A stretch of DNA of 55,964 nt, the filler included, from Sphacelaria rigidula (Eukaryota), in assembly GCA_964200075.2 (NCBI GenBank). It is 4 parts of 4 records of this genome, joined end to end, with 100 filler letters (N's around TTAATTAATTAA, not from the genome) between each part and the next. Parts side by side here need not be neighbours in the genome. Positions count along the whole stretch, not along the records: positions 14,019 to 27,934 come from CAXNAA020002589.1; positions 28,035 to 41,949 come from CAXNAA020002590.1; 2 more parts are not named here. The stretch is one strand, 5' to 3'. Under the pieces are notes generated by a model that searched no databases, was not told the origin of the DNA, and saw only the letters and a program-made list of their open reading frames with translations. Shown piece after piece: positions 23,391-35,795 of the stretch (position 1 is its first letter; each line of letters begins with the position of its first letter). The position numbers and the translations under genes were made by a program.

Positions 23391-24884
23391 GTGAAGGAGC
23401 AAGTATCTCGAGGTTGTTGCCCTGTGTGTACCTTCACATTGCGATATATATTTTCTGATTCACCTGTTGATGTTTTCGTATTTTGTTTTGTAGTCGCTTC
23501 TTGTGCTTTCGGTTTGGCCTTTCAGGGGGATGATTCACTGACTGCTATGACGTAAATATTTGTGTTCGGATATACGTTTTTTTACTACTGTCCTTTTCCC
23601 TGAGTGAAGAAACTCATGAAACGGTTCGTTTGAGTTGGGGCAAGTGCTGTTCATGTCATAGATGCATATGTTTCCGGTTTGTTTCATATATTGCTTGGAG
23701 TATTCACTTTCTTGCACGCGCGTCGTACGACTTTTGTCAAACTCTTCACAATAGGGAGCGTCGAGCTACAGGTTCGTCTTCTCCAGGGATGACGAATGTC
23801 CTTCGGAGGAAAAGCCGGCATTACCGTCATGGTTCATGGTTTTTTCATACGATGTTCACATTCCGGGTATAGAATGTGTTTTTTCCTGCGTCGAGAGCAG
23901 TTTCTTGTTGTCATCGGGAGTCATTTCCCCCATTTGGGTCCATTTCGTCGAATACCTTTTTTCGTTGGGCTTATGCCCCCCTCCCCCCTGCCCCCTGCCT
24001 CTTCGGCATGAGTACGAAGTGCCAAGGGATCAGTTCATTGCTCCTCCGGCGCCCGCATAGCATCTCCTTGTACCGTGAGATTAGCACTCATGTAGCCCGT
24101 CCAATTGCGTCGGGTATTCCATTTGCTTTGTTTGCTGCGCACGATTGATTCCTCATCGCTTCATGCAGTCAACCGGGGAAACGAGATTCGATGAATAAAA
24201 CAGCACGCTAATGATCTATCCGGGTTCAAATCCATGAACTCCGCCGAGAGTGGTTGTCGCTGGACAGTTCGATTGCAGGGGCCCGGCGGGAAGCTATGCA
24301 TTATGTCGTTCTCCAACTCGAAATGCAGTCGAATTGCACCGTGCTTGGAGGACATCGCTTGCTAAGTATCGTAGTGTAATATTGCTGAATACACGAGAAC
24401 AAGCGTTGGGATAAAAAATTAATAATCACATCCTCGATGGATGTCAGGCGACCGCGGTGAGTGCTTGCTGACCCAAGTCTCGATAGTGGTGAGGTGCAAG
24501 GCAACTGCTGTACGGGCAGAGATGAAACTTGACCGCTCGAGACTATGCCACGAGGGGTCAATGGGACCAGTGAAGGTGCTGCAAACGACACTCAAAAAGG
24601 CCGTTCGTCACACCATTTCTCTTCTGTCACTTGTTACAGTACCGTGCCATTTTCCAGTGTACCTCGCATTCCCAGGTTTCTCGCGGTAGCGAGTATCACA
24701 GGATACGTGGAATATTGAACAGCAAAAATTTGGTCATTCTAGGGTACTCTGGGGTATCCACCACAAAAAAATATAGTGAGTACTCCAGGGTACCTGCATT
24801 CCTGAGTAATACCTGTAGGCTGTACTTGACACCTTTGGTACGCTGTTTCGTGTTCTGTGTGTGTGCTTCTATGTGTGTGTGCAG

Positions 24885-24977
24885 GTGCTGGCAAGAATGA
24901 CAAACGACGACTTCCTGACGCAGATGAAGTGCTTTGCCATATCCTGTGCGGCATATCCGGTGGCGTTGTTTTTCATG
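24885..24977 (+). CDS. MARCH6/DOA10-like, exon D
   Basis: gtgcag| ... |gtgaga, 93 bp, phase 0. VLARMTNDDFLTQMKCFAISCAAYPVALFFM aligns by eye to FRDLIDDPVHKHARRVLLSVAVYGSLIVML of plant SUD1-type proteins. Confidence 0.7.
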
Positions 24978-27344
24978 GTGAGACCCGTAGCAGCACTCGA
25001 CAAAGTTTTTTTTTTTTCTTTCTGGTTGTGTTTTCAGTCCCTCTCCTCTCCCTGAAGTCGTCGAGTCCGTAGTCTGAAGGGATCAACCCGTCTCGCCCTC
25101 CTCCCTTGGTACCTGCTCGATCTTTTCGTTGTTGAGGGTTGGGCTAGCACTACTGCATCACGTCGGCTACCGTCGAGTTTGTCTTGGCTTCGCGTGTCCC
25201 CTCATTTTTGATGAGAAGCAAATTCTACTCCTACAGACCGTATCCCTCGAGATTCACACCCGCGATCGTATGCTCTAACTGGTCATTGATGTAGCAGTTT
25301 GAGCACGGAGATGCGGCGGCTTGAGTTGCGGAGACGAAAACGTGTAGCAATGGTAGCAGTAGCAGCAGCGCGCAGCAGTAGCAGCAGCAGCGGAAGCTCG
25401 CGCACAATACCATCTCCCCTCGGGTAGTTAGCTTCAGCCCTGGCTCGGGCTTGTGGTAGTCTCACCCATTGAATGGTTGGTGTTGCGACAAGGGTTTCTA
25501 CCGTGTTTTGCTGATTCGTATCTGCAGCCATCCCGCCCACGCGAGCGAGGATATTGCCTGATTTTGTGAGCCAACCCCACCGGCCGCTATTTGTGGATAC
25601 CACGTGGTGCTGTGAGGCACGTTCGGCCTACTATATCAATATTGTAGAAAAACGAGTCGGAGGTAATTCCGATGGGTATCTGAGGGTACTCAGGGTATCG
25701 ACTGCCGAAGGTATCAAGGTCGTGTTCCAGAAGGTATATAATTTTCGTATACACGGGGTATTCAACTAGGTATATTGCCCGTACAGTACCCGACAGTTCT
25801 GTGAGATATATACTTAATGTTTACCCCTACTACCCGAGGCACGGGTTTACCCTTGTAGATGTACCCGGGTGCGGGTAATGATTTCTTTATTACCTCCATA
25901 CCATACCTGACAGGTTCTGTGGGTTTGGTGAGACTTACATGCTGATACCCCATAGTTGTGTGACGTACCGTGTCATGGAGAGTCCCGGGATTATGAACCA
26001 AGAAAATGTGGTGTGTAGATGGGGTCTATAATTCCGATTGTACTGAGTTTCCAGAGTTAATGAGATATTGAGCCATATCTCAAAGCTCACCACCATTGAA
26101 AGGAAGCTTTCGCGAGCAGCGTTTCGTGTACCGCTACATATTTTGTTCCTCCGTGGGAATGCATGAGGTCATTATCCAGCGCAAGCGCTGGATTTGTTGT
26201 CGAGATCTACCTGTGCTTGATGTGTGTGTGCGTGGTGTGGGTCTAGTGCACAAACCCGTGCGCACAGTTGTAACGTTGCAATTATTCACGGCGATGGCTA
26301 TGGACAGTACGTCAAAGAGCCCTAGACTGTTCACATTGTTGGACGTGAGGATCTCGTGCGTAACCGCCGGAGACGTGGTGGCTGCTGTACACGCGCCCGA
26401 AGCCGGTATGTGTTTCCGCCGTGACATAATGGATAATGCCAACGGATGTCGCGTGAATGTGAAAATAGTGCGTGGTGACTACATCATATATTGAACATGG
26501 CCTCTCCCCTTCTCTCTCCCTTCACTTCAAGTTTATCTCGTTATTGACAGTAGTCGATAACTCGAACGCTAGTCATGACGTAAGCATACCCGCACCATTC
26601 TACTGTACGAGTTTCGAAATCTCATGTTTGCGCTGCGTGTCCCTGCACCGATACCGGTACATCGAGCACACCGAGGATCTGAACAACGACCGCTCCTCCG
26701 AGCCACATTTTGTTTTTTCAGATGGGTTTCGATGTTCGTCGACCGCTCAGGATTCTAAATTTGATTTTCATTGATTTTTTTATTGACTGCCGCACTTTAA
26801 CTGACCACCCACGGGTCCAGCCGTGGTCGCACGGTTGACGTACGTACCCAAGAAAACCGAAACTGGAAAACTCGTCGAGAATAATGACATAGTAGACAAG
26901 AACGTGAAGAAAAAATAGTAAAAAAAGAAAAAAATTAACAAAGGCAAAAGTACAGAAAGAGATTGCCGATTTCATATCTCAGCCTATATTCCGATTTTCG
27001 GTACTTGTAAGATTTGTCGGAAAATGTATTCTTATTGTCAGATCTAGTTGTCCTTCTTTATATGCTGCGCACTTCTATCCAGCGAATAGGAAGGGACTAG
27101 CCCCTGTTTTGAAAGAAGTACACAGTCCGCTGTGCTCCCATTTCCCCGTAGATTGCTTACTTTCGACTCTCCCTGAAAAGTTCTAAATGTTGCATTTCTC
27201 CAAGCATACCGCAGATGCGTCACTCGAAACGTTCGACAATTCATGTTTGATTCTATCGGATCTGCGTTGGTATCAAGAGCCCTACCAAGCGAACCGAAGG
27301 GTACTTAATCCGGGCCTGTCTTGAAGCCCCCCAACCCCCCTCCC

Positions 27345-27426
27345 TGGACGGTGCTCCGTTTCAACAGGGATTCGTGGTAACTGGTCGAACGACAAAGGCA
27401 AGCAACGAATGAGTGCCCCCCCCCCT
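27345..27426 (+). repeat. Dispersed repeat family, partial copy 3
   Basis: ACGGTGCTCCGTTTCAACAGGGATTCGTGG...AATGAGTGCCCCCC. Confidence 0.7.
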
Positions 27427-27432
27427 CACTTG

Positions 27433-27934
27433 TCCGGCCAAAACCTGGCGTTCTCCGTCATGGCTTTGTAGGAGCGGACCCCCGATAGGGTTGCCGTCGG
27501 TTGTCGATGACGTTGTAAAACACGCCACTCACAGCGTAAGCTAGGCAACCCAGGTTACCGATTTGTTCTACGCGCGTGCGTTGTTATCGCGGTAACCATG
27601 ATGGTAGTCGAGCTAGATCATATTGTGCGAGGTGGAAGAACTCCAACTCCGCGCACAGGATATGGTCGTACCACGTGGTGTTTAAACGGTGAAACACCCA
27701 TGAGGTAGTGCATGAACCGTAGCTGTCTCTGGATTTGGCGACACCAGAAAATGAAGCAACTCCTTGGAGGCTGTCATCCAAATGCAAGATAAGATAATCA
27801 GTAGACTTCGGGCCGAACAATTTTCGCAGGGTGCAGCTCACCCTTCATGCGACTCGCCGAACACACCACGGCGCTTCGCGGTTGGTGATCGATTGCGAGC
27901 CTGGTCCGGCGAAAAACCGAAGTGCTCCGTACTG
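27433..27934 (+). repeat. ~470-bp repeat unit with terminally repeated head (uninterrupted copy)
   Basis: Colinear with 30428-30777 + 33912-34072. The head motif TCCGGCSAAAA..GTKCTCCGT recurs at about 27433 and 27905. Confidence 0.8.
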
Positions 27935-28034
27935 NNNNNNNNNNNNNNNNNNNNNNNNNNNNNNNNNNNNNNNNNNNNTTAATTAATTAANNNNNNNNNN
28001 NNNNNNNNNNNNNNNNNNNNNNNNNNNNNNNNNN
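27935..28034. other. Artificial assembly gap linker
   Basis: 44N + TTAATTAATTAA + 44N. Confidence 0.97.
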
Positions 28035-28132
28035 CTCGCATATTTTTATATCTCATGTTTTGGATTAGATAGGGGGCTTCTAACAATTCTAATCTCAGAA
28101 ATTATTTCTCTACCCCTACCGTAGCATCACTC

Positions 28133-28301
28133 ACGGGGATAATATATGTAAAAGGTTTTGTGTAATGTATGGAAGAAACTTAATGAGCGCCGGAATGTTG
28201 AAGGCGGCTCTATCAGGAGTAGGAACGGTGCTCCGTCTCGATAGGGATGCGTGGTCAATGGTGAAACGACTAAGGCAAGCAACAAATGAGCATGCCCCCC
28301 C
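28133..28301 (+). repeat. Dispersed repeat family, copy 4
   Basis: Same core as 15017-15217. Ends AAATGAGCATGCCCCCC. Confidence 0.85.
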
Positions 28302-29365
28302 TGTTCCTTTTCAGGGGCTGGAGGATCTCCCTTGCCCAGTTGCTGTAGTCTTCGACAGCACCGCTGAACATCGGGTACTTCATGCGGTCTGCGGTCCATC
28401 CCGAAGCCAAAGCTTCGCCTTCCCTCCCACTGTACAAGTAGTCGCCAGCCACCGCTGTGCCACTCCTGTCGCCATCACCCACAGCAGCACCCACGGTTTC
28501 AGCGCCAGACGCCCTCCCGGTATCTCCACTGTTGACATGAGCTGCCGCCGGGGACTCCTGTCCTCTTTCAACCGTTAGTTCCTCGAGAAACCTGGTGATC
28601 GTCTCTAACTATGTTGTCAGCAGCTCGGTCTTCTCGGCAACATCGTTGAGCCGATTGCTGTTTTCACCAGCTTGCTCTTTCAGCGACACATTCGTTCTTC
28701 TCTCCTCAGCCATGGTGCACACTCAGTGATGGAACACGCGATGAAGCGCTAGCGTGTTGAGATAATCTGCCTATTGTGTAACGCAGGTCGCAGGTTATAG
28801 GTACTGCGTCCATGTCGGCACGGCGCACGTGGCATGGCTCGCGGATCAAGCCCGGCCATGACCCGTTCAGCGGTAGAAAAGACGTATGGTATAAGGAATG
28901 GATTAATATGCATGTCTACAAAAACAATCAATCATGCAATAAGTATTCTTCTGCATCCGTGTAAAGAATATTCTCAAGATCCACTTTTACTTATCGAATA
29001 CAACGACAGGAGCTATACTTCAGCATTTTGAATTTAGTTATCAGACTACAATATCAACACTCCGGAGAGTCGAAAATTTGAAGACAACACCCCTGCGTAC
29101 CACAGTGCAGCACACATCGACTATACATGACATGAGCTGTAGCTCAGATTACAGGATGCCAGCCCCCATGTTGGCGACGCCAGCATCAGCCAAGTCACCG
29201 CCACAGGTATCATGTTTCACTCTGCCATGCCAAGAAGTCTCCATGGTAGTGGGTTCTGTACTTCTACATTCTCTCAACCCAGATGTTTACGACTGTCCTT
29301 GTACCAAGCAAAGGTCGAATTTACCGATAACACCTCCACACGCTATAGGATCTTTGCGGAACGGC

Positions 29366-29828
29366 CATGAACACGGGATTATACAAATTGGGGAGATACA
29401 AATTGGGGATGGATGGACCTTTTGTTGGGGATGAAAACCCGGAGAATTATAATCTTCGTATACACACCAAATGTTCGAACTATGCTTCCATTTCTTCACT
29501 TACTTGCTGGTAGCTATTGACAACTACTACACGCCATACAAATTTGGATTTCGATAACCGAATATCGGGGTCCTAGGTGAAAAAACAATTTTGGCGCGTT
29601 GGCGCAACCTAGAATCCCTCCAAAAATTGGTTTTTCACCTAGAACCCCGATATTTCGGTTATCGCAATCCAAATTTGTATGACGTGTAGTAGTTGTTAAT
29701 AGCTACCAGCAAGTGAAGAAATGGGGGCATAGTTCGAACATTTGATGTGGATACGGAGATTTTAATTCTCCGGGATTTCATCCCCAATAAAAGATCCATC
29801 CCCAATTTGTAAAATCTCGTGTTTATTG
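29366..29828. mobile_element. ~460-bp fold-back element (MITE-like) with ~220-bp inverted arms
   Basis: Left arm AACACGGGATTATACAAATTGGGG...CTAGGTGAAAAAACAATTTTGG pairs with right arm CCAAAAATTGGTTTTTCACCTAG...CCCCAATTTGTAAAATCTCGTGTT around a ~25-bp loop. Confidence 0.9.
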
Positions 29829-30777
29829 CTGGCACGCAGGCATATGGCAAGGGAATAACGGTGACAGGAACATCGTCCTGTTATTCGATGACGTATTCTG
29901 TGGCGCAGAGAGGCACATCATGTCTAAAAGGAGAGGCAGAAAGGAGTTCAGCGTTGCGATGGTCAGAGCCACAGACAAGACACGAATACATCAGATGCGG
30001 CAACCTGATATCTTTCTTGGGGGTCGTCCAACTAACCGCCTGCGATTTCTGTGACGAAGAAAGGGCTGGCAAACTGGCTATAAAAGCTTTCAGCTGAAAT
30101 AGGGAATTCATGTAATATTTTCGTAGTCAGTATTTACCAATAATAATAGTATCTTCACGTGCACCGCTCATCCCAGTGAACGTTTGAAATCGAAGTTGGG
30201 GGATCGGGAGATACTACACATCCGCTTCACATCCCGAAACAAAAATCAGATCTGCGCTCAATATTGAACGACTTACGGGATGAATTGACGGGGGGTGTTT
30301 TTGACGGTTTATGGCCCAAAACACAGTGTTTTTTCGCTCTGGTGCCATGACTAGGTGAATGTAACAGATGAGAGTATGTACAATTATTCATGAGAGCGAT
30401 CGGGATTGGTTCACCCTCCCCGTGCTCAGCCTGTTCCGGCGAAAGCCCAGAGTGCTCCGTCCCGGCTTTGTAGGGACGGACCACTCAGGTGGTGGACGTC
30501 GGGTGGCAATGACGCTTGGAAACACGCCACTCACTGGGTAAGCAAGGCAACCAGGTTACCGAGTGTTTTTGGCGCTTGCGTTGTTTTTGCGGTAACCATG
30601 ATGATGGTAGAGCTAGATCATCTTATGCGAGGAGGAGAACCTCAACTCCGCGCAAAAGAAATGGCCATACTACGTATTGTTTGAATGGTGAGGCACCCAC
30701 GAGACGGTGAGTAAGCCGTCGCTGTCTCTGGAAGTGGCGATACCAGAATATGAAGCGAATCATTGGAGGCTGTCATC

Positions 30778-30863
30778 TGAGTGGAAAAGCTGCACCTAGT
30801 CACACCTCAGATGTGATGGTGCTGTATATACCTTCCTTGGGGCTCGTGCGGGGGCTTAGCGCT
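30778..30863 (-). repeat. Copia 3' LTR remnant (terminal ~85 bp)
   Basis: TGAGTGGAAAAGCTGCACCTAGTCACACCTCAGATG...GGCTTAGCGCT matches 33623-33708. Confidence 0.85.
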
Positions 30864-33611
30864 CCTGTTCTCTTCCTTTCTCATCCTGTTCTCTTTCTTT
30901 CTCGTTTATGAAACCGGTCACTAGAGCATATTCCACTCGCCCAAAGCTCAACTCCTCGTGATTGTACACTTCCTCTCCTCGTACATTCGCAGACAACGAC
31001 CAGTGTCTTGTTCTCCCGTCTTCAGCGAGAGGCTTGATCCTAGCACTTCTACGCAAATGACCTCCCTCGCCAGCGGGAGATATTTCGGCAGGAACTGATA
31101 CAGGGAGTTGCGGGTCACTTGGTTCTGCAGTTGAAGGGCCGTCGTTAGACTGCGAATCATAAAAACCTTGTGTGGACTAGACATACCTTCTCGTTTCTCC
31201 ACTTCTTTCGGGCAGTCCCGACTAGCTTTGTCTCGAAATGATACTTCTGCAGAGTCTACGATTTTGGTCGGGCTAGCCAGGTTCCATAAACGCCATGTGC
31301 GATTGTGGCTGTTATGACCCACAAGATAATATTTCTCCGCACGAGGTGCTAGGTTCCCACTCCGGTGGCGAACTTCGACATGTTTAAATGCCGTGCAGTC
31401 CCATTCATGTATGTGCTTAAGGCTACCCAGTTCCTGATAATACCAGAGCTCCCAAGGTAATGTGCCGTCCAATGCAGGCGAAGGGGTACAATTGCATACA
31501 TACACGGCTGCGTGAGCTGCCTCTACCCACAAATGATCCGGCATATGTGTTGCCCCCCACATGAGACTCCGTGTTATCCCTATAATTATTCCGAAACCAC
31601 GCTCAGCGATGGCATTCCCTTGTGGAATATATGGTGCATTGGTTTCAACTTTGATTCCCGAAGAATTCGTCAATTCAAATAATCGTCCCTGGATTCGCCA
31701 CCACCATCACACCTGATTCGGCCAATACTCTGGATCCGCCACGCCTTTCACAAATTCATACAGGGCTTCGACGGCTTCATCGTTCGACTCCAGGGTATAT
31801 ATCCAACGCATTCGAGCCATGTCCTCGGTGGACATGACCAAGCATTTGCATTTGGTGTACGACTCGGTAATGTGTGGGCCCCATAGGTCGGCGTGGACGA
31901 ATTCGAGTCGCCTTGAGCTCCGTGGGCGATCAGATCTCGGGTGCGAAAATTTCTTGTGTTTCGAGACAGCGCAGACATGACAGTCTAGACCCCGAACATG
32001 TGCTGACAGCTTGATCCCCGTTCCGTCTCGTCCGGCGCTCTGTTTCAGGGTTTGAATGTCGCGGTGTCCCAAATGTCGATGCCAAAGTTGAGATTCTCAT
32101 TGAACTGATGCGAAAACCTGCTGCTGCTGCTCCTCATTATTCTCTATAGTCACGGGCAGGATAAACATGCGCTTGAGTTCTTTGCTGACCGGAAATATTT
32201 TATCGCCCAATTCAAGTACAGGAGAATCACGGAGTAGATTTAAACGCATGCCCTTCTCTTCCAGAGCTCCAGCAGAAAATAGATCTGCTCCCAGTCTTGG
32301 TACGAGAAGTATCTCAAAATATGTACTGAAATTCGACACCCTCCAACAGTCCATAGTTTGAAGTGTAAACGGCCTTTCGTGTTCGCATAATTCGTCCCGC
32401 AGGAGCCTTGGACTCGCACCGTGCACTTCTCCTGAAGGTCCGACACATTCTTAATCAAAGGCGATGACGAGTCGAGCATATGTGCGCTCGCCGCACAGTC
32501 CAGAAACGCACTATAAATCTCCGTGCTCTCTGTGCTGCTGCCTTTGCTCGCGGTGCTATCACCCTCATCCATAACTCGGCTGCATCAAGCTATGGTGACA
32601 CTCTCCTCATTGTCCTCAGTGCTTGAGTTGTGGGCTCTTGCGCCCTGGGATTTTCCGACGTGTTGTTCTTCGTGTTTTCCTCTCAATGGACAATCTCTCA
32701 CGACATGTCAAGGATGTACAATAACTGCACACCCGACGCTTGCACCCACAATATGTGTGGTTGGGTACATGATAATACGCGCAGTTGCCGTTGCGACGCA
32801 GCCCGTCAGAATATTCCGCACCTGGGTTCATATTCTTACCCTTATTGGCTGTCCCTTGGCTGTATTTCAAAACATGAAGTTGCCCGACGAGCCAGGTCTT
32901 CGAAGTTAAACTCTTCCTGGCTTGTCACTTGCTGGGTATATACAGCCTTGAAAGGTTGATAGTGCTTATCCGGGAGAGAGCGGTACAGCTTGCGAGCAAG
33001 ATGACTCGACGTTTGTCGCTGTCCAATCGCCGTAAAATTGGCCTGGATACACTCCTAATTCCTTGATTCGATGGGTCCGAGTTGTCTTCGCTTTGCACGT
33101 TCGCCGCAGTCAATCGTTCTTCAAGATCCCAACTGCGAACACTTTCCGTCACGTCGTACTTTGATTTCAGGGCGTGGAACGCACCATGATCATCCCCATT
33201 CATCTCATTATGAGCTCGCCCATGGGCTGTAACCGTCGCGACTGCAGCGCTTGTGTATCCAGGAGGCCCCTGCTAAACACTCATCCGTATTAACAGTCGC
33301 TCGTACAAGATCCCGTTCGTTTCCAGCAAGTTGTCAACTGCTCTTCTGTGTGCAGGCCTGGCTGCTTCATCAGCGTTTGCGGCTTGCGCCTCGGACACCT
33401 TCAGCTTTCCTGTAAGGATATCGCCCACACCCAACCCCGGGGTCGTGGCGAGAAGCAACTATTCAAATACCCTCCACTTTCCCGGTTGCTTCGAAGCTTC
33501 ACCGGAGAGGGTAATCAAAGACTTATCTAGTGAGTCCCCCGTCAGACTGCGTCGATTCCGGATTTCTTGCGTAGCCATGGGTATGTTCCAGTGCTTGCTC
33601 CTACTTAGCGA

Positions 33612-33622
33612 GGCTCATAACC
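33612..33622 (-). promoter_or_regulatory. Primer-binding site complementary to the anticodon region of tRNA-iMet (hemivirus type)
   Basis: Minus strand reads LTR end ...CTCA followed directly by GGTTATGAGCC, as in Ty5/copia half-tRNA priming. Confidence 0.85.
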
Positions 33623-33911
33623 TGAGAGGAAAAGCTGCACCTAGTCACACCTCAGATGGGATGGTGCTGTATATGCGTTCGTTGGTGCTCGTGGGGAGGC
33701 TTAGTGCTTGAGCAAGAACCTGCGAACAACAGACTTGACTACTCATTACAAACGATCACACACAAATATCTTACGAGTGCTACATATAGTTACGCCGCAT
33801 TTCCCAAATGTAACTGTAGGAATTGAAGCTTCTGTACGAGAATCCATTCAAGATTAAGACCACCATAACTAATGCTTGACAGCCTCGCACCAATGCACGT
33901 ACACTTCAATA
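33623..33911 (-). repeat. Copia 5' LTR (289 bp)
   Basis: Minus strand TATTGAAG...CTCA (TG mutated to TA). Bounded by the TSD and the PBS. Confidence 0.85.
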
Positions 33912-34129
33912 TCATCCAAATGCAAGATAGTCAGTGGGATTCGGGTCGAGGAATCTTAGCAGGATGCAGCTCACCCTTCATGCGACTCGCTTCACACATC
34001 ACGGCGATTCGCGCTTGGTGGTCGATCGCGAGCCTGGTCCTGCGAAAACCCAGCGTGCTCCGTCCCGACTTTATATTAATGCGAGGTCAACGGTCATATG
34101 ACCATAGCATGCAAGATCATGAGAACACC

Positions 34130-34576
34130 TGTTACGGCGCACATCGACTGTATGTGTAGTAGGCGTTTTGTAGTACACGTGGCAAGTGCAGTAGGTCTTA
34201 TTCCATTCGTATGTTGGTGTTGTACTCCAATCGGGCGTCCTTGACCGGAGCCCACCGCCCTCAGAACTTTCATCACTCAGGAACTCTCGTTTAGCTACCT
34301 AGCTAAGACTGATTAATAACAGAGCTATCAGCCACCACTTGGAGACATCTCGCTTGCAAGCAAGTCAAGAGCACCTCCTCTGCACGTGAAAATGAGTCCC
34401 TGCTTGGCCTTGCGATGCAGTGCTTATCGGACTCAATGATCTGTTACTTACGAGCTCAAGGGTCATTCCTTTCGACTGCGATTGTTCAATGTGGCCAGCG
34501 CTGACGTCGTGTCACCCCGGGCCGGGCGTGTGCTTTGAGAGTAACGCCAGTATGACCTCGTGATCAGACCACGACA
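34130..34576 (+). repeat. 5' LTR (447 bp)
   Basis: TGTTACGGCG...GACCACGACA. Direct repeat of 40496-40940. Confidence 0.9.
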
Positions 34577-35636
34577 TGGTGACCAATCGAGAATGTAAGC
34601 AGTACTGCATAGTCGCATCGCTGTAGAGCTGCACTGTTTCGCGCTGTGTTTGCATACGATGTACAGTAGTGCATCAATCGTGCTTTCTGTTCAGCTTTCT
34701 GTTCAGCGTGGGGTCTTCTGAGCAACGATCACGTGTTTAGGTGCTGGAATCTTACATGCCTGTTGGTTCCTCGAAGAGACCATCAGCTGGGCAGAACGGA
34801 GCTGGGACACCTGGCTGCAGCGTATGCTTGCCACCTTCCGTGCTAACACGACAGCACAGGTACGTCCTGTGATTCATCATTTCACGTGCGCCTGCTTCCG
34901 TGTACGAGGACTGTTTTTTCACAATTTCAAAATTCAAATTTCAAAAAGTCCAGATCGGGATCTTACAGTACCGCACGTTCGATCAATGTGTTCCATACAG
35001 TACCCACAGCGGGCACGCAGTGTACGAAGTGCTCCGTAGGCAGGAGGTAAGTGCTGTTGATCCACTCCTAGAGAGTGAAGGGTCCCGAGACTGAAACCGG
35101 CGAACATGCGTGCGCAAAGTACACATGGGTGGCGGTTGTTGGGGCTGTGCACCTGGAGAAATTGCGAGACGGTAACCCACGTTCATCATTCAGGTGTGTA
35201 CTGTGACAGAAAACAGCTCCTGTTAGATCTGGTGCCCAGGCACCTACCATGTTGGTCAGGTACGTGTTAGCATGGTGTTGGGCACCACCATATTAGCCAG
35301 GTACGTGATCGCATGGCGTTCGCACTGTACTGTGTGCTGTGGCAGCGCGTTTGCACTGTGCAACTTCGTACCTAACAAGACTGCTCGAGCAGTTGTGCGA
35401 TCATTCTATGTGAGTCCGAATGAATTTCTGACCAACATACGGGGTTTCTATTCTGGAGTCACCCTGGCGGCGAAACATGTTCAACGCGCGGTAAATGATG
35501 GATGGCCCCTAGTATGATTGATTGATATGCGGCATTGTGAAAAGTCATTGCGCGGGTCAAGTCGTATGGATTCGCTTCCGCTCCACGCCACAACATGTCG
35601 CCACTGCATTGTCATTGTGTCGCCACTACATTGGAT

Positions 35637-35795
35637 CATCACAACACTACATGGGACCATCACTAAACTACATGGGACCATCACTACACTACCTGGGACC
35701 ATCACTACTCTACATGGGACCATCACTACACTACCTGGGACCATCACTACTCTACCTGGGACCATCACTACACTTCAGAGGACCGTCACTACATG
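35637..35795. repeat. 21-bp minisatellite, about 7 copies
   Basis: Unit CATCACTACWCTACMTGGGAC. Confidence 0.9.

Larger units (their letters stand above)
30778..33911 (-). mobile_element. Ty1/copia LTR retrotransposon, decayed, RT/RNase H deleted
   Basis: TSD TCATC (30773-30777 and 33912-33916). Degenerate gag (ATG about 33578), protease AFLDCAASAHM, pre-integrase LWHRHLGH..CHVC, integrase core HADLWGP / PYIPQGNAIAER, and the GKGY-like region LAPRAEKYYLVGH. Many stops and frameshifts. Confidence 0.93.

Noticed and set aside
24690..25990. GGGTAC/GTACCC-rich patches
   Set aside because: Probably decayed repeat fragments. No definable unit or ends.
27268..27281. TGGTATCAAGAGCC resembling a canonical tRNA-iMet PBS
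   Set aside because: It has an extra A, is not preceded by an LTR-ending CA, and no matching LTR was found.
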